From positions 18,360 to 82,359 of the forward strand of contig JAFTNW010000003.1 in assembly GCA_017451695.1 (NCBI GenBank): a stretch of 64,000 bases of DNA. The letters are read 5' to 3'. Positions 58,866 to 64,000 of this stretch are shown piece by piece (position 1 is the stretch's first letter; each line of letters starts with the position of its first letter). Both the position numbers and the translations under genes were made by a program. Below the pieces are notes generated by a model, which was not told the origin of the DNA, did no database searches, and was given only the letters and a program-made list of their open reading frames with translations. Source of the stretch: Bacteroidaceae bacterium (GTDB lineage: Bacteria; Bacteroidota; Bacteroidia; Bacteroidales; Bacteroidaceae).

Positions 58866-59934
58866 AATAATAACGTTCAACAGCGGCAACCGCTACTACC
58901 GCATAACAAATGCCGACGGCAAAAGCTGGTTACTGCCCGCACGCAATATGCGGGTGGCACTAAACCTATACCAGCCAAGCGGGCGCAACGGCAAGCTGCT
59001 GAAAGCACTGTTCCCTTGGCTGCACCACATACCCTTTGTGCGCAAAGCAATAAAGGCAGAAACAATCTGTTGCACACTATGCGAGGAGCTGAAAGAGCTG
59101 TTGCAAAGAGTTTTTAAGTGCAAAAATATAGAATTTGCCATATTTGAAGGTACCCCGTGCGTGCATCAAAAAACAACTATACAGCTGAGTTGTGGCAAGA
59201 AGATTCTGGGCTACTGCAAGGCAAGCGACAATAGGGAGATACTCGCACTCTTTGAAAGAGAGACCGCGATACTTTCGCAACTTGCCGAAAGGTGTGTTAC
59301 CGATATACCGCAACCACTCTATTGCGGTACAATGAGCAACGGAGTACATATTTTTGTGCAGAGCACTGTAAAAACCACAAAATCGCAAGCTACACACACA
59401 TGGGGTGCACTACAAGAAGATTTTCTTGCAGCATTGCACAAAAAAACCAAACAGTTGATACTGTTTGAGAATAGCGACTATTACCGCACACTAACCACCC
59501 TGCAAGAGCACATTGATTGGTTGCCAGCCAACATAAACAAGGTGGTTGTAACAACCGCAATAGCAAGGGCTATGGCTGAATACAGCGGCAAAATGGTGGA
59601 ATTCTCGGCCTGCCACGGCGACTTTACCCCGTGGAACATGTTTGTGGAACGAGGCAAACTATTTGTATTTGATTTTGAATACGCGGCACTAACCTACCCC
59701 GCAGGGATAGACCGCAGCCATTTTGAATTACAAACCATGAGACTTGAACAAGGTGCAGACAACAGCAAGATTCTTCAAGTATATAAAGAGAAAGAGAATA
59801 CACTGCTTACAAAATATCTGCTATCCATAATTGCACAATACACCATGCGCGAAAAAGGAGTCTATGACAAAGAGACCATGCATGTTTTTGAATTGTGGGC
59901 ACAACTTTTAGAAACACAAGAAAATAGAATATGA
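58852..59934 (+). CDS. APH/choline-kinase-fold phosphotransferase (eukaryotic-like kinase superfamily)
   Basis: 360 aa. Lys strand ILGYCKAS, helix-C Glu FERETAILSQL, catalytic loop CHGDFTPWNM (HxDxxxxN) and metal-binding VFDFEYA. ATG 58852 overlaps the upstream AT3 gene by 14 nt. Confidence 0.65.
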   Translation: MLFNKIITFNSGNRYYRITNADGKSWLLPARNMRVALNLYQPSGRNGKLLKALFPWLHHIPFVRKAIKAETICCTLCEELKELLQRVFKCKNIEFAIFEGTPCVHQKTTIQLSCGKKILGYCKASDNREILALFERETAILSQLAERCVTDIPQPLYCGTMSNGVHIFVQSTVKTTKSQATHTWGALQEDFLAALHKKTKQLILFENSDYYRTLTTLQEHIDWLPANINKVVVTTAIARAMAEYSGKMVEFSACHGDFTPWNMFVERGKLFVFDFEYAALTYPAGIDRSHFELQTMRLEQGADNSKILQVYKEKENTLLTKYLLSIIAQYTMREKGVYDKETMHVFELWAQLLETQENRI

Positions 59935-61031
59935 AAGTACTGTTTCAATCAAGGAAAACACTATTCACCGCACCCGGCGGAGACACCACACAAATACTTA
60001 AAACAAAGGAATATCTCGAAAAATCAGGGGTAACGGTTGATATATCATTGGAATTGACGCCCGATGTATCGGCATACGATATTATACACGTTTTCAACCT
60101 CATGCGCCCACAGGAACTCTATCTGCAAGTTAAAAATGCAAAGAAATATGGCAAAAAGGTTGCGCTCTCTACCATATACGGCCCATACGAAGAGTACGAG
60201 AAAAAGGCCCGTGGTGGAATTTTGCAGTTTATTAACAAATTCCTATCTATCACACAGATAGAATACTTGAAAGTTATAGCTCGGGCTGTACTGAATTTTG
60301 AATTCTCGAAAGGCACTTTTATATATCTGCTGAATGGGCACAAGAGATTGCAACGCAAGATAATAAAGATGGTGGATGTTTTCTTGCCAAATTCACACTC
60401 GGAGATGAAAAGGGTTGCCGATGATTTTAATTTAGAGCAATACAACTATGTAGCAGTAGCAAATGCGGTAGATATCAATAAGTTCGACTATAACAAAGTG
60501 GATATTGACGAGGAATTTGAGAAATACCGAGATTGCGTTTTGTGTGTTTCCAGAATAGAAGGGCGAAAGAACCAACTGAATATTGTAAGGGCATGCAAGG
60601 ATTTGCCATATAAGTTTGTATTCATCGGTAAAGCGGGTGCCAACTTTCATAAATATCACGAACTCTGCAAAAAAGAGGCAAATGAAAATATGTTCTTTTT
60701 AGGACAGATTGAGCACGAAAAACTGCCTCAATTCTACAAATTGGCAAAAGTACATATTTTGGCATCGTGGATGGAGACACCGGGACTATCCTCATTGGAG
60801 GCGGGTGTGATGCGCTGCAATGTGGTTGCCACCAAGAAGGGAGATACCGAGGACTATTTTGAGAACTATGCATACTACTGCGAGCCTGACGACCTAAATT
60901 CCATTAAAGAGGCTGTTGTAAAGGCATACAATAAAGCTTTTGACGAAAAATTCCACGACAGGATAATAAATAACTATACCTGGGAAGAGACCGCCAAACA
61001 GACGTTAGAGGGATATAAATCCATTATCTAA
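59931..61031 (+). CDS. Glycosyltransferase family 4
   Basis: MKVLFQSRKTLFTAPGGDTTQ N-terminus and SWMETPGLSSLEAGVMRCNVVAT (E-x7-E). ATGA overlap with the kinase gene. Confidence 0.8.
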   Translation: MKVLFQSRKTLFTAPGGDTTQILKTKEYLEKSGVTVDISLELTPDVSAYDIIHVFNLMRPQELYLQVKNAKKYGKKVALSTIYGPYEEYEKKARGGILQFINKFLSITQIEYLKVIARAVLNFEFSKGTFIYLLNGHKRLQRKIIKMVDVFLPNSHSEMKRVADDFNLEQYNYVAVANAVDINKFDYNKVDIDEEFEKYRDCVLCVSRIEGRKNQLNIVRACKDLPYKFVFIGKAGANFHKYHELCKKEANENMFFLGQIEHEKLPQFYKLAKVHILASWMETPGLSSLEAGVMRCNVVATKKGDTEDYFENYAYYCEPDDLNSIKEAVVKAYNKAFDEKFHDRIINNYTWEETAKQTLEGYKSII

Positions 61032-61085
61032 GCCCATCAAGAGCAGAAAAAATAGAAAATCTGCTTTCTAATCGGGATTTATATT

Positions 61086-61093
61086 TATCTTTG
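61086..61093 (+). promoter_or_regulatory. Possible internal -7 box (TAtcTTTG) before the last GT gene
   Basis: Exact TAnnTTTG match inside the 154-bp gap 61032-61185, 93 nt upstream of ATG 61186. There is no clear -33 TTTG. Confidence 0.25.
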
Positions 61094-61185
61094 TGCAGAA
61101 TGGGCTTGTTACATTCCCATAAATACAATTCCGCCACTATGGCAGAAGAGATACTGCACAAGATAAAAAAGAGAACAATCTGTAA

Positions 61186-62253
61186 ATGAAAAGGGTTGCA
61201 ATTATTGGTACACAGGGGGTTCCCGCCAACTATGGCGGTTTTGAAACTCTTGTAGAAAACATTATCGGGGAACACTGCTCCGATGATATTGAATATACCG
61301 TATATTGCAGCAGCAAGGACATGCCCGAAAGGCTCGACAGCCACAAGGGGGCAAAACTTAAGTATATATCGTGGCGTGCAAACGGCGTGCAGAGCATCTT
61401 GTATGATATTGCAGCTATGATTCGTTCCATTCGCGGGTATGACACCATTCTCGTTCTCGGTGTAAGCGGGTGCACTTTTCTGCCTATATTCAAACTATTC
61501 AGCCGCGCCAAGGTTATTGTAAACATCGACGGCCTTGAACACAGGCGCGACAAATGGACACGCGCTGTGCGCAAATTCCTGCTTCTCTCCGAGGTTGTAG
61601 CGGTAAAATGCGCACATACCATTATTGCCGACAATAAAGGCATTGCCGACTATGTTGGTTGGAGATACAAAAAGGAGGCAAAACTCATTGCATACGGTGG
61701 CGACCACGCCTTGTGCAATGTTGCCAATGACAAGCAACAAGAGATTCTTGCCCACTATGGGCTTGAAAAGGGCAATTACTCAATAAGCGTGTGCCGCATA
61801 GAGCCCGAAAACAACTGCCACATAACCCTCGATGCCTTTGCGAACAGCGGCAAGCAATTGGTATTTGTAGGCAATTGGAGACGTAACGAATACAGCCGCC
61901 AGCTGAAGGATAAATATGGAAAGTGCCCAAACATCAAATTGATAGACAGCATCTACGACCTTGATATCCTCTACACCCTGCGAAGCAACGCCCAATACTA
62001 CATTCACGGGCACAGCGCCGGCGGCACAAACCCATCGTTGGTGGAGGCCATGTTCCTGGGCAGGCCGGTGCTTGCATACGATGTAGTGTATAACCGCGAA
62101 ACCACCCATCACAAGGCGCACTTTTGGCAACATAGCGAAGAATTGCAACGGCTTGTGGAGCGCAACGACCTCACAGGCGACGAGATAAAAAAAGTGGCAC
62201 AGGAGTGCTACACATGGGAAAAGATAGCCAAGCAGTACGAGGAACTATATTAA
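61186..62253 (+). CDS. GT4 glycosyltransferase with a DUF1972-type N-terminus (WchF/RgpA-like, often rhamnosyltransferases)
   Basis: VAIIGTQGVPANYGGFETLVENI N-terminus and GHSAGGTNPSLVEAMFLGRPVLAYD. Confidence 0.75.
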   Translation: MKRVAIIGTQGVPANYGGFETLVENIIGEHCSDDIEYTVYCSSKDMPERLDSHKGAKLKYISWRANGVQSILYDIAAMIRSIRGYDTILVLGVSGCTFLPIFKLFSRAKVIVNIDGLEHRRDKWTRAVRKFLLLSEVVAVKCAHTIIADNKGIADYVGWRYKKEAKLIAYGGDHALCNVANDKQQEILAHYGLEKGNYSISVCRIEPENNCHITLDAFANSGKQLVFVGNWRRNEYSRQLKDKYGKCPNIKLIDSIYDLDILYTLRSNAQYYIHGHSAGGTNPSLVEAMFLGRPVLAYDVVYNRETTHHKAHFWQHSEELQRLVERNDLTGDEIKKVAQECYTWEKIAKQYEELY

Positions 62254-62259
62254 ACAAGC

Positions 62260-62886
62260 ATGAATATGAAAAACACATTCCGCTCTGCAATATTATCGGG
62301 TATAGCAGTGGCTATCGCTGGATGGGGTTATCTTGCATACCCCAACATTATCGGAGCAGTATTGTTCTCATTCGGCCTTTTAACGGTAGTAAACTACAAA
62401 CTGAAACTATACACCGGTACGGCCGGTTTTATACCTCTCAAATACGAGGATGGGCGCTCGCGCTGGTTGCGCGCTATAGGCGAGCTGCTTATCATACTGC
62501 TTGCCAATATAACAGGCTGCTTGCTTGTATCGTTGCTCGCACGCATGTCGCCCATTGAGTTAGGCGAATCGGCACAAAGGATATTGGAATCGCGCCTTGC
62601 AATAGGGCCCATACGTGCCGGCCTGCTTGCCATTGGTTGCGGTTTCATAATGACCACTGTTGTTACCTTTGCCCGCGAAGGCAAGCCGCTTGCACTGCTC
62701 TTTGGAGTGCCTCTTTTCATCAACTGCGGCTTCCCGCACTGCCTTGCCGATGCTTTCTACTACATGACAGTGCCCACCGGCTACACCATGGCGCATATTA
62801 CCGAGGTTGCTCTCCTATACCCATGCTTGGTAATCGGCAATTTCATAGGTTGCAACCTTTATCGCTTTATTGCTCCCAAGGAGTAA
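62260..62886 (+). CDS. Formate/nitrite transporter (FNT) family-like membrane protein
   Basis: 208 aa with about 6 TM helices. FNT-like blocks KLKLYTGTAGF (compare ELFTGN) and CGFPHCLADAFYY (compare GFEHSIANMF). It starts 6 nt after the last GT gene. Confidence 0.45.
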   Translation: MNMKNTFRSAILSGIAVAIAGWGYLAYPNIIGAVLFSFGLLTVVNYKLKLYTGTAGFIPLKYEDGRSRWLRAIGELLIILLANITGCLLVSLLARMSPIELGESAQRILESRLAIGPIRAGLLAIGCGFIMTTVVTFAREGKPLALLFGVPLFINCGFPHCLADAFYYMTVPTGYTMAHITEVALLYPCLVIGNFIGCNLYRFIAPKE

Positions 62887-62907
62887 CACACTTACAAAAC
62901 ACCATAA

Positions 62908-62943
62908 ACATTAACGGCTGCACCGTGGTGCAGCCGTTAATGT
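62908..62943. terminator. Bidirectional terminator between convergent genes
   Basis: A 16-bp perfect stem acattaacggctgcac/gtgcagccgttaatgt with a 4-nt loop and T-rich flanks. Confidence 0.65.
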
Positions 62944-62959
62944 TTTATATTGCAGGCCA

Positions 62960-64000
62960 TCAGCCCTTTCTTTCAAGTTCTTGCAACTCCTCCATCTTCT
63001 TTGTGGCAAGGAACTCATATACTCCGCACAGATGTTCGCGCACACGACCATGCCCGAACTCATAGACCTTTGTTACAAGCCCATCGAGAAAATCGCGGTC
63101 GTGGCTCACGCAGATGAGTGTGCCGTCGAAATCCTGCAATGCCTGTTTAAGTATATCCTTTGTTTTGAGGTCGAGGTGGTTGTTAGGCTCGTCGAGAATA
63201 AGCAGGTTCACCGGCTCAAGCAGTAGCTTCATCAGCGCCAAGCGGGTGCGCTCGCCACCCGATAGCACCTTCACCTTCTTTGCACTTGCCTCACCGCCAA
63301 ACATAAACGCACCCAAAAGGTCGCGAATCTTGTTACGGATATCACCCTTGGCAACATCGTCTATGGTTTGAAACACGGTGAGATTCTCATCGAGCAACGA
63401 TGCCTGGTTCTGTGCAAAATAACCTATCTGCACATTGTGCCCCAGCTGCAAGGAGCCTTCGTGCTCCAGCTCCTTCATAATACATTTTACAAGGGTTGAT
63501 TTTCCCTCGCCGTTGCGCCCCACGAATGCCACCTTGTTGCCACGTTCGATGGTGAGGTTCACCCCGCCGAAGATACGCTTGTGGCCAAAGGCCTTACCCA
63601 CACCGTCCATGATTACAGGGTACTGCCCCGAGCGTGGCGAGGGCGGGAATTTAAGCCTCAGGGCCGATGTATCCTCCTCATCCACCTCTATTATCTCAAG
63701 CTTTTCGAGCATCTTCACGCGGCTCTGCACCTGCAAGGTTTTTGAGTATGTACCCTTGAAACGCTCAATAAAATCCTTTGTCTCCTGTATCATCTTCTGC
63801 TGTTCCTCCCACTGCTTCATCTGCTGCTGGCGACGCTCGGCACGCAATATCAGGTATTGCGAGTAGTTTACCTTATAGTCATATATGCGCCCCATTGTAA
63901 CCTCTATGGTGCGGGTGGTGATGTTATCCACAAACTTGCGATCATGGCTTATCACAACAACAGCCTTGCCATTGCTTATGAGGAAATCCTCGAGCCACCC
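62960..64000 (-). CDS. ABC-F family ATPase (tandem ABC domains, no TM domain), C-terminal part; the 5' end lies outside the window
   Basis: The frame is open to base 64000 (…EDFLISNGKAVVVISHDRKF). Second cassette Walker A GRNGEGKSTL, signature LSGGERTRLAL, Walker B LLILDEPNNHLD, and an inter-domain charged linker QQQMKQWEEQQK. Confidence 0.85.
   Translation of the reverse strand, partial: GWLEDFLISNGKAVVVISHDRKFVDNITTRTIEVTMGRIYDYKVNYSQYLILRAERRQQQMKQWEEQQKMIQETKDFIERFKGTYSKTLQVQSRVKMLEKLEIIEVDEEDTSALRLKFPPSPRSGQYPVIMDGVGKAFGHKRIFGGVNLTIERGNKVAFVGRNGEGKSTLVKCIMKELEHEGSLQLGHNVQIGYFAQNQASLLDENLTVFQTIDDVAKGDIRNKIRDLLGAFMFGGEASAKKVKVLSGGERTRLALMKLLLEPVNLLILDEPNNHLDLKTKDILKQALQDFDGTLICVSHDRDFLDGLVTKVYEFGHGRVREHLCGVYEFLATKKMEELQELERKG

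Noticed and set aside
1-64000. CRISPR arrays, tRNA or rRNA genes, transposases, integrases, prophage genes, toxin-antitoxin genes or known defense-system genes.
   Set aside because: I recognised none. Every sizeable ORF is accounted for by housekeeping or polysaccharide functions, and the intergenic regions show no tRNA-like T-arm or regularly spaced repeats. The capsule locus has no flanking mobility genes inside the window.

Overview
This window looks like a chromosomal segment of a Bacteroidales-type (Bacteroidota) genome. The evidence is a T9SS C-terminal sorting domain, a PorE-like lipoprotein, a UpxY-type antiterminator, an S46 peptidase, tandem OmpA-like proteins and TAnnTTTG promoter boxes. 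Bases 1-33.3 kb are ordinary core genes: S46 peptidase, a secreted nuclease plus an LPS-kinase-family gene, mutA/mutB, topB, a PorE-like gene, a cdd/LMW-PTP/ruvC operon, a LysM glucosaminidase, two OmpA-like genes, ftsB-like, dnaX, an isolated dnaA with long AT-rich flanks, class II RNR nrdJ, folB, rnc-fabF-acpP, pdxB, and a DUF4254/GT9/methyltransferase LPS-core cluster. Bases 33.35-62.25 kb are one co-directional capsule/EPS locus of about 29 kb and 25 ORFs. It holds upxY, wza, wzc, a PHP-type phosphatase, wzx, a wzy-like gene, 11 recognisable glycosyltransferases plus one orphan GT-like ORF, four AT3 acyltransferases, two kinase-fold proteins and a frameshifted HAD-like gene. An FNT-like membrane protein and a partial ABC-F ATPase follow. 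I recognised no rRNA, tRNA, CRISPR array, transposase or integrase. The most unusual content is inside the capsule locus: a membrane-anchored NTase-like/P-loop kinase fusion and an APH/choline-kinase-fold kinase that may form a phospho-decoration module with the split HAD-like gene; tandem GT2 paralogs carrying G7/G8 tracts; strong compositional mosaicism; and no initiating transferase, UpxZ or sugar-nucleotide genes. I found no clear defense or other new multi-gene system outside this locus. All functional calls rest on motif recognition by eye, with no database search, so they are hypotheses until profile searches are done.
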